From: Bdellovibrionales bacterium | GTDB lineage: Bacteria; Bdellovibrionota; Bdellovibrionia; Bdellovibrionales; DASUEL01 | Assembly (NCBI GenBank): GCA_050250255.1 | Contig: JBFWOZ010000015.1 | Span: 1 to 60,236, forward strand | Reading direction: 5' to 3' | DNA: 60,236 nucleotides | Shown: one piece after another, positions 8,987 through 19,298 of the stretch | Numbering within the stretch: position 1 is the stretch's first letter | How the letters are laid out: every line of letters starts with the position of its first letter | Notes under the pieces: model-generated | Databases searched by the model: none | The model's input: the letters and a program-made list of their open reading frames with translations, nothing else | What the model was told of the DNA's origin: nothing | Made by a program: the position numbers and the translations under genes

Positions 8987-10099
8987 TCAAACAGTCCAGA
9001 TCCAGCGTCCTGGAGCTTCGGATTCCCCGCGCTGAATCTTCTTAAGTTTTTCGAGGATTTTTGTGGCCACCGTGAAGTCTGGCGAAAGCTTTAAAGACTC
9101 GGTCGGTGCGTTTGTTTTTTCCTGATAAAGGAGCTCACGAAGTGGTTGCACAACCGCAGCAGTACCACAGGCGAAACATTCGGTAACTCGTCCAGAAAGA
9201 ATGTCTTCTCTCAATTTAGTAAAAGAAATGGGCTCTTCAGATGCTTTTAAACCGATACTCGGTGCCATTTCTAAAATGGATTTACGAGTCACTCCGTTAA
9301 GAATCGTACCCGTCAAAGGTGGCGTGACGAGAGCTCCGTCACGAACCATAAAGAAATTCATTCCACCCAATTCGTCGACAAAGTCATGCCCAACGGCATT
9401 CAAATAGAGAAGCTGATCACAGCCAAGTTTCGCCGCGTAATCCAAAGGCCCAAGGCTTGAAGCATAATTTGCTGCAGTTTTCGCCTCACCAAGTCCACCG
9501 GGATAAGCCCGGATGAACTCTCGATTCACCAGAACTTTCGCTCCCGTAATACCTCGTCCATGAAAGTAGTTACCTGCAACAGACGCGATGATACGAAAAC
9601 TGTATTTATCAGACCGACCCATTTTAATTTTAGAATCTGAACCATACATCATCGGGCGAAGATAAAGTGCATGGTCCGCGAACTCTGGAACAGAAGCACG
9701 CTCAAATTTGACATATTCCATAACACATTTTGTGAAGAGCTCTTCCGGCATAGGGGGCATCGACATCAGACGGCAAGATTGGGCAAAACGTTTTGCATGT
9801 GAATCGACGCGAAAAACTCCCACACTCCCATCAGCTTGATAAAAAGCCTTCATCCCCTCAAAAATACTTTGGCCGTAATGAAGAACGACAGAGCTTGGCT
9901 CCATGGGCTCAGGTCCGTAAGGACGGATATCCACTTGAGCGTTTGTGTAATCTCCGTTCAAAATTTCCATGTGGAGCATATGCGGAGCAAATACAGTTCC
10001 AAACTTTGGATTTTCAATCTTTTCAAGAGGTGGCAGAGCATTACAGGTTTTAATTTTTGTTGAGTGGCTTGACTGAAATTGCACGCGGCTCGCTTCCAT
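8987..10099 (-). CDS. ilvE: branched-chain amino acid aminotransferase
   Basis: LHYGQSIFEGMKA, LYLRP, GEAKTAANY (PLP Lys), ELGGMN, ILNGVTRKS, CGTAAVV. Confidence 0.95.
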   Translation of the reverse strand: MEASRVQFQSSHSTKIKTCNALPPLEKIENPKFGTVFAPHMLHMEILNGDYTNAQVDIRPYGPEPMEPSSVVLHYGQSIFEGMKAFYQADGSVGVFRVDSHAKRFAQSCRLMSMPPMPEELFTKCVMEYVKFERASVPEFADHALYLRPMMYGSDSKIKMGRSDKYSFRIIASVAGNYFHGRGITGAKVLVNREFIRAYPGGLGEAKTAANYASSLGPLDYAAKLGCDQLLYLNAVGHDFVDELGGMNFFMVRDGALVTPPLTGTILNGVTRKSILEMAPSIGLKASEEPISFTKLREDILSGRVTECFACGTAAVVQPLRELLYQEKTNAPTESLKLSPDFTVATKILEKLKKIQRGESEAPGRWIWTV

Positions 10100-10202
10100 C
10101 ACAAGATTCTCCTTGGCTCAAAAGTCACGAAAATACCTTGTGAACCGTCGCTTGGTCATCCTAGGATTTTACATTCCCCAAGAATAATGCAATGAATAAT
10201 CC

Positions 10203-11366
10203 ATGAATCCTATATTTCAACTAAAAGACCTCCTCCTTTATTTTTTAAAGCTCGGAGCTGTGCGCTTTGGAGGCCCAGCGGCTCTTGTACAAACCATGAG
10301 ACAAGATCTGATTTTTGAAAAAAAGTGGTTTTCTGAACGAGACTACCAGGTGGGTTTAGCGCTCGCACAAATGGCCCCCGGCCCTCTTGCAAGCCAGCTC
10401 GCGATTTATTTTGGTTGGAAAAAAAGTGGATTTTGGGGTGGTTTTTTTGTTTTGATCGCTTTTGCTTTGCCCGCCTTCCTCCTCGTATGCTTACTCGCCC
10501 ATTTCTATTCTCTTTATCAAGATTTTTCGTGGCTGAAAGCGGTGACCATTGGAGCTTCTGGCTGCGTGATGGCACTCATGATGAAAAGCGCCATTCAGCT
10601 TGCAAAAGGCGTCCCGCTTAAAGATCCGATTTATTTGTTTATTCTCTGTGCGAGCGCTCTTGCCACCGTCATTTTTAAAAGCGAACTTGGTTGGATTTTC
10701 ATTATTTCGGGCGTGATTGCATGGGCACATCAACATTACAAAAAACAAAAGGGCCTAAAAAGCCTAATATTATTTTTCTTTTCTATAAGTTTTCTTCATT
10801 CTACGACGAGTGAAGCCCAAAATTTTTGGGACGCTATCAGGGAATCGATGGACTGGAAACTCTTCCAATATTTTTTTGAAGTAGGCGCTTTGGTTTTTGG
10901 CAGCGGTTCGGTGATTATTCCTTTTCTCTACACCGGTGTTGTTCATGAATTTCATTGGCTTTCTGAAATGCAATTTCTCGACGCCATGATGGTGGGCATG
11001 CTTACACCGGGCCCTATGGTTATTACGGTTGCTTTTGTTGGATATCTTGTAGAAGGTTTCTCAGGTGCCTTTCTCAGCTGTCTTGGAATTTTCTTGCCCT
11101 GCTTTCTATTCGTCGTCTTTCCCGCACCTTTTTTTGAAAAGATGTCAGAGCATAATGATCTTTCGGCAGCTCTCGAAGGGATGTCGGTAGCCGCAACCGG
11201 AGCCATTCTCGGGGCAGTCTGGATGGTCGCGCAAAAGACATTTCAACACCCTGTTACCGTGGCTGTCTTCATCATCTGCGCACTTATTTTATGGAAAGGG
11301 AAAAAGGTTCCTGATCCTCTCTTGATTTTAGGATCCGCACTTACGGGATGGATTTTTATTTCTTAA
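10203..11366 (+). CDS. chrA: long-chain chromate efflux transporter (CHR family)
   Basis: Duplicated FGG…PGP motifs (FLKLGAVRFGG…AQMAPGP; VFGSG…LTPGP). Confidence 0.9.
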   Translation: MNPIFQLKDLLLYFLKLGAVRFGGPAALVQTMRQDLIFEKKWFSERDYQVGLALAQMAPGPLASQLAIYFGWKKSGFWGGFFVLIAFALPAFLLVCLLAHFYSLYQDFSWLKAVTIGASGCVMALMMKSAIQLAKGVPLKDPIYLFILCASALATVIFKSELGWIFIISGVIAWAHQHYKKQKGLKSLILFFFSISFLHSTTSEAQNFWDAIRESMDWKLFQYFFEVGALVFGSGSVIIPFLYTGVVHEFHWLSEMQFLDAMMVGMLTPGPMVITVAFVGYLVEGFSGAFLSCLGIFLPCFLFVVFPAPFFEKMSEHNDLSAALEGMSVAATGAILGAVWMVAQKTFQHPVTVAVFIICALILWKGKKVPDPLLILGSALTGWIFIS

Positions 11367-11955
11367 TCACTCGCTCAAAAAAACGTTCACCCCAGTTGAC
11401 GGGTCGGTTGGGATCGTAATTCCCACCCATTTTTTTCGTAACCATGTAGAAAAACAAAGTCGCTCCACCAACAATAAGAGCCACCTTGCTAGCTTCCCAA
11501 AGATAAAAACCAGCGGCATTCATAAACTTTTGGATATCATCCCAGCGCACAGCAATTTGGAGGTCATGAAAACGACGACCTAATCCCGCTTGTAAAATCT
11601 TGAGGTGGCCCTTCGGAAGATCAATAAAACGAACACCCACTTTGATTCCCGAGAAATGCATCATCTGCTTAGGACGCTCGTCGGACCCTTCTAGACGCAT
11701 CACTTCGGCAAACCAAGCTACCTTTCCACCTTGTTCGCCGGGGATGGGAAATTCGACTTTTAATATTTCGCCAATTTGAGGAAGAAAGTTCCAATTTACA
11801 ATAAAAGACATGCCCGATTCCGACATGTCGATGATCTCTAACTCATAGACCTGTGAGCGCCTGCGATTACGGGAGGCCACACGAACCATTTTCAGTTCAT
11901 GGGGATTCAAGATGTATCGAGGGGCGCGATCGCCCAATTTGCGAGCAGCTGACAT
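11356..11955 (-). CDS. PilZ-domain (c-di-GMP-binding) protein with C-terminal TM
   Basis: RxxR-type N motif (DRAPR), DMSESG motif, GVRF end, hydrophobic C-terminal helix. Confidence 0.8.
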   Translation of the reverse strand: MSAARKLGDRAPRYILNPHELKMVRVASRNRRRSQVYELEIIDMSESGMSFIVNWNFLPQIGEILKVEFPIPGEQGGKVAWFAEVMRLEGSDERPKQMMHFSGIKVGVRFIDLPKGHLKILQAGLGRRFHDLQIAVRWDDIQKFMNAAGFYLWEASKVALIVGGATLFFYMVTKKMGGNYDPNRPVNWGERFFERVIKK

Positions 11956-11971
11956 AGAGTCCTCTCATTAC

Positions 11972-11998
11972 TTATCGGAATCGGACCTAGGTCCTTGA
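11972..11998 (-). promoter_or_regulatory. sigma28 (FliA)-type promoter for the PilZ gene
   Basis: Minus strand TCAAG-N15-CCGATAA, followed by GAGG SD and ATG 11955. Confidence 0.7.
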
Positions 11999-12091
11999 TT
12001 GAGATATGAGTTTTTTTAGCAAACCTAAGCGATTTAATAGAAAAGTCATGGGGCTTACCGTTTCATTCCGAGACGTAATAAGCCTCAGAGG

Positions 12092-12119
12092 TTGACACTG
12101 ACACCCTCCCCCAGATAAT
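12092..12119 (+). promoter_or_regulatory. sigma70-type promoter for the 12165-ettA unit
   Basis: TTGACA-N16-GATAAT. Confidence 0.6.
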
Positions 12120-12164
12120 TTCATCTGTTCCAATGTTTTATTCTCAACGCAAAACGAGGGTCTA

Positions 12165-12608
12165 ATGGAAGAATCCAATAAGCCAATCACCGAACTGCCC
12201 GCCGTGGCTCAAAACGTCTTCATTTCTTGTAAAAAGTGTGCCGCCGAGCGCTATCACAAGGTTTTGGCTCATACGACAGAAACGAGTGCGAAAGTTCAAT
12301 GTGAAGTTTGCGGCAGTAAAAAGACCTTCAAACTTGCAAAGCCCAAAAAAGCGACCAAACCAAGGAAGTCTTCTAAACGTAAAGATGGAAAAGCTGGTCA
12401 AATGGCAACGCCTACTTGGGCGGTACTGAAAGAGCAACAAGCCAGCACGGCAGCTCAAACTTACAAAATGGGCGATCTCTATAAATTGAATACCCCCATC
12501 GAACACCCTAAGTTTGGTCTTGGGTTTGTCGTTCTTGCGACACCACAACGTATCGATGTGGTTTTCGAAGACGGCCAACGCTCTCTCGTTCACAACCGCG
12601 GAAACTAA
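12165..12608 (+). CDS. Zn-ribbon + Lys-rich linker + Tudor-like C-terminal domain protein
   Basis: CKKC…CEVC pairs; IEHPKFGLGFV resembles the HPKFGxG motif of UvrD/PcrA C-terminal domains. Confidence 0.7.
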   Translation: MEESNKPITELPAVAQNVFISCKKCAAERYHKVLAHTTETSAKVQCEVCGSKKTFKLAKPKKATKPRKSSKRKDGKAGQMATPTWAVLKEQQASTAAQTYKMGDLYKLNTPIEHPKFGLGFVVLATPQRIDVVFEDGQRSLVHNRGN

Positions 12609-12620
12609 AGGAAATAGCAA

Positions 12621-14297
12621 GTGTCTCGCGATATCATCTATACCATGAAGGGCGTGGGGAAGGTTTATCCTCCCACTCGCTATGTTCTAAAAAACATCTA
12701 TCTCTCCTATTTTTACGGCGCAAAGATTGGTGTTCTAGGTCTCAACGGATCCGGAAAGTCGACTCTTCTTCGCATCATGGCCGGTGTGGATAAGGATTTT
12801 TTAGGCGAAGCTTTTCCCGCAAAAGAAATGCGCGTGGGCTATCTGCCGCAAGAACCGCAGCTGGATCCCAAGAAAAACGTCAAAGAAAACATCGAAGACG
12901 CCTTCCCCGAACTCAAAGGGTTACTCGAAGAATATAATCAGATTAACGCCAAGTTTGCCGAAGAAATGTCTCCCGAAGACATGGAAAAACTCATCGAACG
13001 CCAAGGTGTCGTACAAGAAAAAATTGAAGCTTTAGATGGTTGGGAGCTCGATCGCAAACTCGAACTCGCAATGGATGCTCTCCGATGTCCTCCAGGTGAC
13101 GCCGATGTGACAAAGATCTCCGGGGGAGAAAAGCGTCGCGTGGCTCTCTGCCGCCTTCTTCTCTCAAATCCCGATATTCTCTTACTCGATGAACCGACAA
13201 ACCACTTGGATGCAGAAAGCGTCGCGTGGCTCGAAAGATTTCTTAAAGAATTCCCTGGCACCGTCATCGCGATCACGCACGATCGTTACTTTTTGGATAA
13301 TGTTGCTGGTTGGATTTTGGAGCTCGACCGCGGAGAAGGCATTCCATGGGAAGGTAACTACACCTCTTGGCTCGAACAAAAAGATCGTAGACAAGCTCAC
13401 GAACAGCAGGCCGAAGCCAAACGTAATAAATCTCTCGAGAGAGAATTAGAATGGGTTCGCCAATCTCCTCGTGCTCGCCAGGCAAAATCTAAAGCACGAC
13501 TCTCGGCTTATGAAAATCTCTTAAAAGAACCATCAAAAGAGAAACTCGCGGAACTTGAAATTTACATTCCACCAGGCCCTCGACTTGGAGATCTTGTGGT
13601 GGAGGCCAAAGACGTCAAGAAAGCCTACGGCGACAAACTCCTATTTGAAAACTTAAATTTCAGTCTTCCTAAAGGTGCTATCGTCGGAGTCATCGGACCA
13701 AACGGTGCTGGTAAAACAACTCTGTTTCGCATGATCACAGGACAAGACAAACCAGATAGTGGTTCGTTCAAAGTCGGTGAAACCGTAAAAATGGCTTATG
13801 TCGATCAGAGCCGTGATGTTTTAAATGGCGAGAAATCAGTTTGGGAAGAAATCTCTGGCGGTCTAAAAACGATGACCGTTGGAAATCGTGAAATGGCTTC
13901 TCGTGCTTACGTCGCCCGCTTCAACTTCAACGGTGCCGATCAACAGAAAAAAGTGGGAGCTCTTTCGGGCGGAGAAAGAAACCGCGTTCAACTCGCAAAA
14001 ATTCTCCAAACAGGATCCAACTTATTGTTACTGGATGAACCAACAAACGATCTCGACGTAAACACCATGCGTGCACTCGAAGAAGCTTTGTTAGAATACG
14101 GCGGCTGTGCCGTTGTGATCTCGCATGACCGCTGGTTTTTAGATCGCATCTGTACGCACATCATGGCGTTTGAAGGCGATAGTCAAGTGAACTTCTTTGT
14201 CGGCAACTACACTGAGTACGAAGAAGATCGCAAAAAACGTCTCGGCGATGAGGCCGCTCAACCTCACCGCATCCGCTATAAAAAAATCCCTACTTAA
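12621..14297 (+). CDS. ettA: energy-dependent translational throttle ABC-F protein
   Basis: 558 aa, two ABC domains; [39 protein letters not shown]-terminus. Confidence 0.97.
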   Translation: MSRDIIYTMKGVGKVYPPTRYVLKNIYLSYFYGAKIGVLGLNGSGKSTLLRIMAGVDKDFLGEAFPAKEMRVGYLPQEPQLDPKKNVKENIEDAFPELKGLLEEYNQINAKFAEEMSPEDMEKLIERQGVVQEKIEALDGWELDRKLELAMDALRCPPGDADVTKISGGEKRRVALCRLLLSNPDILLLDEPTNHLDAESVAWLERFLKEFPGTVIAITHDRYFLDNVAGWILELDRGEGIPWEGNYTSWLEQKDRRQAHEQQAEAKRNKSLERELEWVRQSPRARQAKSKARLSAYENLLKEPSKEKLAELEIYIPPGPRLGDLVVEAKDVKKAYGDKLLFENLNFSLPKGAIVGVIGPNGAGKTTLFRMITGQDKPDSGSFKVGETVKMAYVDQSRDVLNGEKSVWEEISGGLKTMTVGNREMASRAYVARFNFNGADQQKKVGALSGGERNRVQLAKILQTGSNLLLLDEPTNDLDVNTMRALEEALLEYGGCAVVISHDRWFLDRICTHIMAFEGDSQVNFFVGNYTEYEEDRKKRLGDEAAQPHRIRYKKIPT

Positions 14298-15118
14298 TTT
14301 CGACGAAGTCGTAAAAGAACGTCTTTTTGAAAAGCTAGGAAATACTTTTTAAGAAAGTCTTCGGGTTTTTTATTTGAATGTACGAGCTTCGTTAAATCCA
14401 TCGCGAAGGTTACGTGACTCTCTTGATCCACACTGGTGGCTTCAAAGAAGGTGGCATTCGCAAGACGGCGTCCCATTGTGGCGAGATCGTATCTTTTTCC
14501 ACCACTCACTTGAGAATCAAAAATCTGACAGAGTTTTAAAGCGAGTTTGGAATTTTTAGAAACCGGCAACACCACTTTTTGTTCATCGTTTAACCAATCG
14601 AGATCTCGCCACACTTCGCAGCCATAAACTTTTTTAGGACGCAGAGATTTCGGCAGCCTCTTCAACGCTTCAATGGTTGCAAGAGCCACCGCCACATGTG
14701 TGTCGTGTTTATCTGCTAAATTATGAGTGTAGACATACTCTGGTTGGCATTCGGCAAAAAGGGTCGCAAGTTCTTCGACCAGCGGTCTTCTGGCTCTTGG
14801 AGATTTCACCGTTTTACTTTCATAACCCATCTGGATCATAAGGCCGTATTTACCAAGTTTTGCGGCTTTATTTTGTTCGTCCCTTCGGACTTTCTTCATC
14901 TGCTCGGCAGAATAATTTTTATACTTCCCGGTGCGGGGGCTGCCGCCACCACTGGTGAGGGTGACACCCGTAAGCCAGTTCTTTTTTGATCCATAACACT
15001 CTAAAATTCCATGATAGGCCATGATCTCAATATCATCTTGGTGAGCCGCGATGACCATATGAGTGGTTCTCGCCATTGCCTGATCAAAGGATTTTTTATC
15101 CGGTACAAAAATATCCAT
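14294..15118 (-). CDS. PIG-L/LmbE family deacetylase
   Basis: AAHQDDIE and [10 protein letters not shown] metal-binding motifs. Confidence 0.85.
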   Translation of the reverse strand: MDIFVPDKKSFDQAMARTTHMVIAAHQDDIEIMAYHGILECYGSKKNWLTGVTLTSGGGSPRTGKYKNYSAEQMKKVRRDEQNKAAKLGKYGLMIQMGYESKTVKSPRARRPLVEELATLFAECQPEYVYTHNLADKHDTHVAVALATIEALKRLPKSLRPKKVYGCEVWRDLDWLNDEQKVVLPVSKNSKLALKLCQIFDSQVSGGKRYDLATMGRRLANATFFEATSVDQESHVTFAMDLTKLVHSNKKPEDFLKKYFLAFQKDVLLRLRRN

Positions 15119-15124
15119 AAGCTC

Positions 15125-16408
15125 CTACAAGTCTTTGTGCTGGAAAGGTTTCGCCTTGGGCCCAACGTAATCGGCAACCACTTGCCCACTTCCACGTACT
15201 TTGTATTTATAAATGACAAGGCCCTCTAAGCCGACAGGTCCGCGAGCATGAGTTTTATTCGTGCTAATTCCCACTTCCGCGCCAAAACCAAAACGAAAGC
15301 CATCGGTAAATCGTAAAGAGGCATTTACAAACACACAGGCAGAGTCCACTTGCTCTAAAAAATGCTCCTGCACAGATTTGAGAGAAGCAAAAATTCCGTC
15401 GGTATGGTGAGAGCCATAACCGTTGATGTGTTGAATGGCCTCAGAAAGATTCCCGACGACTTTTACAGAAAGTCTTAAATCACCATACTCCGTTTTCCAA
15501 TCTTGCTCGGTCGCCGCTTCTATATCGGGTAAAATGCCTTTAGTTGCAGCACAACCTTTTAGTACAACACCCTTTGCTTTTACTTGCTTCCAAAAGTCGG
15601 GCAAGAAAGTGCTCGCGATCGTACGATCCACAAGTAAAGTCTCCACCGCATTACAGGTGGTAGGACTTTGCGTCTTTGAATCCAACGTTACTTTTGTAGC
15701 TAAGGCAAGATCCGCAGTTTCGTGAACATAGAGATGACAAATGCCATCCGCATGGCCCAACACAGGAATTTTTGTCGACTGTTGGATTTTCTGAACTAAC
15801 TCGTTAGAGCCTCGAGGAATCACCAAGTCTACATACTGAGGATATTTTAAAACTTCATGAACCGCTTCGCGTCCGTCTACCAGTTGAGCCCATTGTTGAG
15901 GCAGAAAAGGAAGTCCTTCCGTCACTCGTTGAACAAGCTTCATAAAAGCTTCATTCGAATGTTTCGCTTCCGAACCGCCCTTGAGCACAACAGCATTTCC
16001 GCTCTTGAGAGCCAGAGAAAGAATCTGCGGAATCACATCGGGTCTGGATTCAAAAATAATCGCAAGCACTCCGATAGGAACGGAGATTTTTTGTAAAATT
16101 AAACCATCATCAAGCTGACGCTCTAGAAGAACTTTTTTAGTTGGGTCTTCCAAACGAATCACATCGCGGAGCCCTTCCACTAATTGATCCAATTTTAATT
16201 CTGTGAGTTCCAAGCGTGAGTAGAGCTGGGGGCTGAGCTTTCCTTTGTTCTCGGATAAGTCTTTCTGATTTTCTTGAAACAACCACGACTTATTAAGAGA
16301 AATTTCTTGCGCAAAGGCTTCGAGTGCTTTGTTTTTTTCAGTAGTAGAGAGATTCGCCAAAGCGTAGGAGCACAATTTTACTTCTTTGAGCAATTTCGAA
16401 ATATCCAT
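15125..16408 (-). CDS. proA: glutamate-5-semialdehyde dehydrogenase
   Basis: IIFESRP, LKGGSEA, IPRGS, TCNAVETL, GAEVGIST…HARGPVGLEGL. Confidence 0.97.
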   Translation of the reverse strand: MDISKLLKEVKLCSYALANLSTTEKNKALEAFAQEISLNKSWLFQENQKDLSENKGKLSPQLYSRLELTELKLDQLVEGLRDVIRLEDPTKKVLLERQLDDGLILQKISVPIGVLAIIFESRPDVIPQILSLALKSGNAVVLKGGSEAKHSNEAFMKLVQRVTEGLPFLPQQWAQLVDGREAVHEVLKYPQYVDLVIPRGSNELVQKIQQSTKIPVLGHADGICHLYVHETADLALATKVTLDSKTQSPTTCNAVETLLVDRTIASTFLPDFWKQVKAKGVVLKGCAATKGILPDIEAATEQDWKTEYGDLRLSVKVVGNLSEAIQHINGYGSHHTDGIFASLKSVQEHFLEQVDSACVFVNASLRFTDGFRFGFGAEVGISTNKTHARGPVGLEGLVIYKYKVRGSGQVVADYVGPKAKPFQHKDL

Positions 16409-17586
16409 TATTCCGCCTCGTTAAAAATTTTAGCTCCACGATTGAGAAGCACCAAATTATCTCGTTGGATTAAAACATCCGGCGAATCTGCACCCAATAT
16501 GTCTCGAACTTGATTGGTTTTAAGGCCAATAATCTTTCGTGTGTCGGCCGATGAGTAGTTCGCGATTCCACGTCCAATTTCATTTCCACCTTGATCGCGA
16601 ATGCTCACAATCTGGCCTCTTTGAAATTGTCCCCGAACGTCCACCACACCCGCAGGCAAGAGGCTGGCCTGTTTTTCCGTAATGGCCTGCTTCGCCCCAT
16701 CATTCACAACTACAACCCCTTCATATCCTGAGGAGAGACCAATCCACTTCTTGCGTCCCTGTAAGTTCTGTGAAAATTCAATGAGCGTTCCCGGCCGATC
16801 TTCCGAACGGGGGTCTTGCCAGATTTTCTTGAGGTTCTGCGGCTTCAGGCCCGAAGCGATGATACTCATCACCCCACCCTCACTCGCAATACGCACGGCT
16901 TCGATTTTGGTTTGCATACCACCGCGGCCAACGGCCGACTTCCCCTCCATCTTGATAATCAACTCGGAGAGATGTGTGATATTTTTTAAAACTTGGGCCT
17001 TGGGATTGAGCTTGGGATTCTCTGAATAAATGCCATCCACATCCGTTAAAATCACAAGCATTTGTGCGTTGATCTTTGTTGCCACGATTGCCGAGAGTTT
17101 ATCGTTATCACCAAAACTTCGTCCCTTTTCTTCGCTCAATTCCTCAGTAGAAATGGGATCGTTCTCATTGATCACCGGCACAACACCCATTTCCAAAAGG
17201 GATTCGATGGTATCACGCAGATTCAGATATTTTGCCCGGTCCGCAAAGTCTCCCGCCGTCACTAAGATTTGTGCGGGCGTGATTCGATATTTTTTAAAGA
17301 GTTCTTTATAGACATTCATAAGCTCAACTTGTCCCACAGATGCACAAACTTGTTTTTGTTGAATATCAAGTGGTGGCTTTAGCTTTAAAGTTTTTCTTCC
17401 AAGCCCTACCGCCCCACTTGTGACAATCAAAAACTCATCTCCCTTTTTATAAAAGGGAATGAGTGACTGAACGATGAGCTGAAGACGTTTTTTTGCGAGG
17501 CTACCGTTGGTTTGCGTGAGAACGCGTGTCCCAATTTTGATGATGATTCGACGGGACTTTTTTTGAGCGCTACGCTTTGGTGCCAT
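16408..17586 (-). CDS. proB: glutamate 5-kinase with PUA domain
   Basis: IIIKIGT, VTSGAV, PVINEND, FGDNDKLS, GRGGMQTK; stop overlaps the proA start. Confidence 0.97.
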   Translation of the reverse strand: MAPKRSAQKKSRRIIIKIGTRVLTQTNGSLAKKRLQLIVQSLIPFYKKGDEFLIVTSGAVGLGRKTLKLKPPLDIQQKQVCASVGQVELMNVYKELFKKYRITPAQILVTAGDFADRAKYLNLRDTIESLLEMGVVPVINENDPISTEELSEEKGRSFGDNDKLSAIVATKINAQMLVILTDVDGIYSENPKLNPKAQVLKNITHLSELIIKMEGKSAVGRGGMQTKIEAVRIASEGGVMSIIASGLKPQNLKKIWQDPRSEDRPGTLIEFSQNLQGRKKWIGLSSGYEGVVVVNDGAKQAITEKQASLLPAGVVDVRGQFQRGQIVSIRDQGGNEIGRGIANYSSADTRKIIGLKTNQVRDILGADSPDVLIQRDNLVLLNRGAKIFNEAE

Positions 17587-17719
17587 GGTTTAAAGCATAC
17601 AGGGACTTTTTAATGGTCACAATGCGGACATGGTCACCCTCATCGCTACGTCGCAGCATAAAAGACGAAGATTTCAAAAAAATCCCGTGCTATACCCTTT
17701 TCAACTTGTGAGGTATTTA

Positions 17720-18274
17720 ATGAAAAGTCAGAAAAAGAAACAAATCGACAAACAAAACCTATTTTATGACTTCATCGATTCTTCCATCGGAGTCGTTGCG
17801 TTTGCATGGTCCAGTAAAGGCTTAAAAGCCGTTCAGCTCCCTGAAAAAACATCTCGTGCGACAATTCAAAAACTTCTCAACCGCTTTCCTGAAGCCACCC
17901 TCACTCAAAAGTCGAATGATCCTTTAGCAAAAGATCTCCGAAAGAAAGTGCAGAACCTCCTCGCAGGGAAGCCAGAGAGCTTTAGCTCCATTCCCCTCGA
18001 CATCTATTCATCGCCTTTCCACAAAAAGGTTTATGAGGTGCTTAAAAAAGTGAAACCAGGGCAGGTGTTAACGTACAAAGAACTCGCCACTCAAGCCGGT
18101 TCCCCACTTGCTTCACGGGCGGTAGGGCAAGCGATGGCACGCAACCCAGTGCCTCTTGTGATTCCGTGCCATCGAGTTATGGGATCCCAAGGAAGTCTTA
18201 CAGGTTTTACGGCTGCTGACGGAGTGAAACTCAAATCAACTCTTTTAAGATTAGAGAAAGCCCAAATTGTCTAA
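17720..18274 (+). CDS. ogt: methylated-DNA-protein-cysteine methyltransferase
   Basis: TYKELA, RAVGQAMARNP, PCHRV active site; start ATG 17720 after GAGG. Confidence 0.92.
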   Translation: MKSQKKKQIDKQNLFYDFIDSSIGVVAFAWSSKGLKAVQLPEKTSRATIQKLLNRFPEATLTQKSNDPLAKDLRKKVQNLLAGKPESFSSIPLDIYSSPFHKKVYEVLKKVKPGQVLTYKELATQAGSPLASRAVGQAMARNPVPLVIPCHRVMGSQGSLTGFTAADGVKLKSTLLRLEKAQIV

Positions 18275-19212
18275 AGTTTGCGAGCTACTTTTTCTAAATT
18301 ATCGACTTCCTCGAGCCAATAATTATGACTGCTGAAGTTAGGAAATAGCTTCGGAAAAGAGGGATCGGTCCAACGTTTGGCAATCCACGCAGAATAGTAA
18401 ATCATTCGTAGAGCTCTAAGGGGCTCTATGAGAGCAAGGGTTGAATCATCAAAGTCCCGGAGCTCACAATAACCCTTCAGAAGTTCATCCACATTGATTT
18501 TTGTTTCTTCTTCATCACCCTGAGTAAGCATCCAGATATCCTGAACTGGAAGACCGTTCATCAAATCATCAAAATCTACAAAGAAAAATTCTTTGCTATC
18601 GTTAATGAGATTTCCTTTATGGCAATCTCCATGAATACGGATAAAATCCTCTTCATAAAGTTCATCTTCAAGAAACTCCAAAATATCTTCGGCCGCCGTC
18701 ATGTACCGGTTGATCAATTCTGGAACGATAAAAGATTCTAAAATTTGTAACGATGGCCAACCTAAAAAGCGTGGATGTAAATTCCATCGATGCTTGGCCT
18801 TGACCCTAGCTCCTACGTTATGGAGCTGAGCTAATCGACGACCAATTTTCTCAAGATCTCCCGGCAAAAACTCATCAGGCGATCGTCCTTGAATTCTTTC
18901 GAAGAGGCTCATCAGCATTCCTGAGTGCTTACTGACAGAAGTTCCGTTGGAGAGACTCAAAGCGGCAGCCGCTGGAATTCCTTCCATTTTCAAATCCACA
19001 ATAAACTTGTGCTCATCTAAAATAGCTTCTCGTAGCCATCGTCCAGGTCGGTAAAACTTGGCAATAACTTTTTTGTTATCTTCAAGCTCGACGGAAAAAA
19101 CGCGATTTTCATAGGAGTTGAGTTGCGTGAGATATCCGTTCGGCTGAAAACCCTCAGCCTCTACGGCATTGAGCACGATATCGGGAGTTAAATTAAAAAA
19201 GTTGTCTCTCAT
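18271..19212 (-). CDS. srkA: stress-response Ser/Thr kinase (RdoA/YihE, APH fold)
   Basis: LNSYENRV, KFYRPGRW, HGDCHKGN, DFDD, AWIAKRWTDPSFP. Confidence 0.93.
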   Translation of the reverse strand: MRDNFFNLTPDIVLNAVEAEGFQPNGYLTQLNSYENRVFSVELEDNKKVIAKFYRPGRWLREAILDEHKFIVDLKMEGIPAAAALSLSNGTSVSKHSGMLMSLFERIQGRSPDEFLPGDLEKIGRRLAQLHNVGARVKAKHRWNLHPRFLGWPSLQILESFIVPELINRYMTAAEDILEFLEDELYEEDFIRIHGDCHKGNLINDSKEFFFVDFDDLMNGLPVQDIWMLTQGDEEETKINVDELLKGYCELRDFDDSTLALIEPLRALRMIYYSAWIAKRWTDPSFPKLFPNFSSHNYWLEEVDNLEKVARKL

Positions 19213-19291
19213 AAGGTGCCAGGTTCTTTTCCCGGGTCACACTGCTTCACAAAGTGCCGCGGTGTGACCCGGGAAAAGAACCTGGCACCTT
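19213..19291. repeat. REP/REPIN-like palindromic element, copy 2
   Basis: 33-bp arms AAGGTGCCAGGTTCTTTTCCCGGGTCACACTGC (one G·T pair), 13-nt loop; stem extends to 37 bp (19209-19295); loop inverted relative to copy 1. Confidence 0.9.
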
Positions 19292-19298
19292 ATGACAC

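Noticed and set aside
12162..12620. 152-aa minus-strand ORF
   Set aside because: Antisense shadow of the Zn-ribbon gene, which has a promoter, SD and recognisable motifs
17630..17719. N-terminal extensions in the ORF track (ogt, the PlsC-like gene, pilP, pilD, the TIGR03546-like gene)
   Set aside because: Downstream starts have SD sequences or stop/start coupling and fit family lengths better
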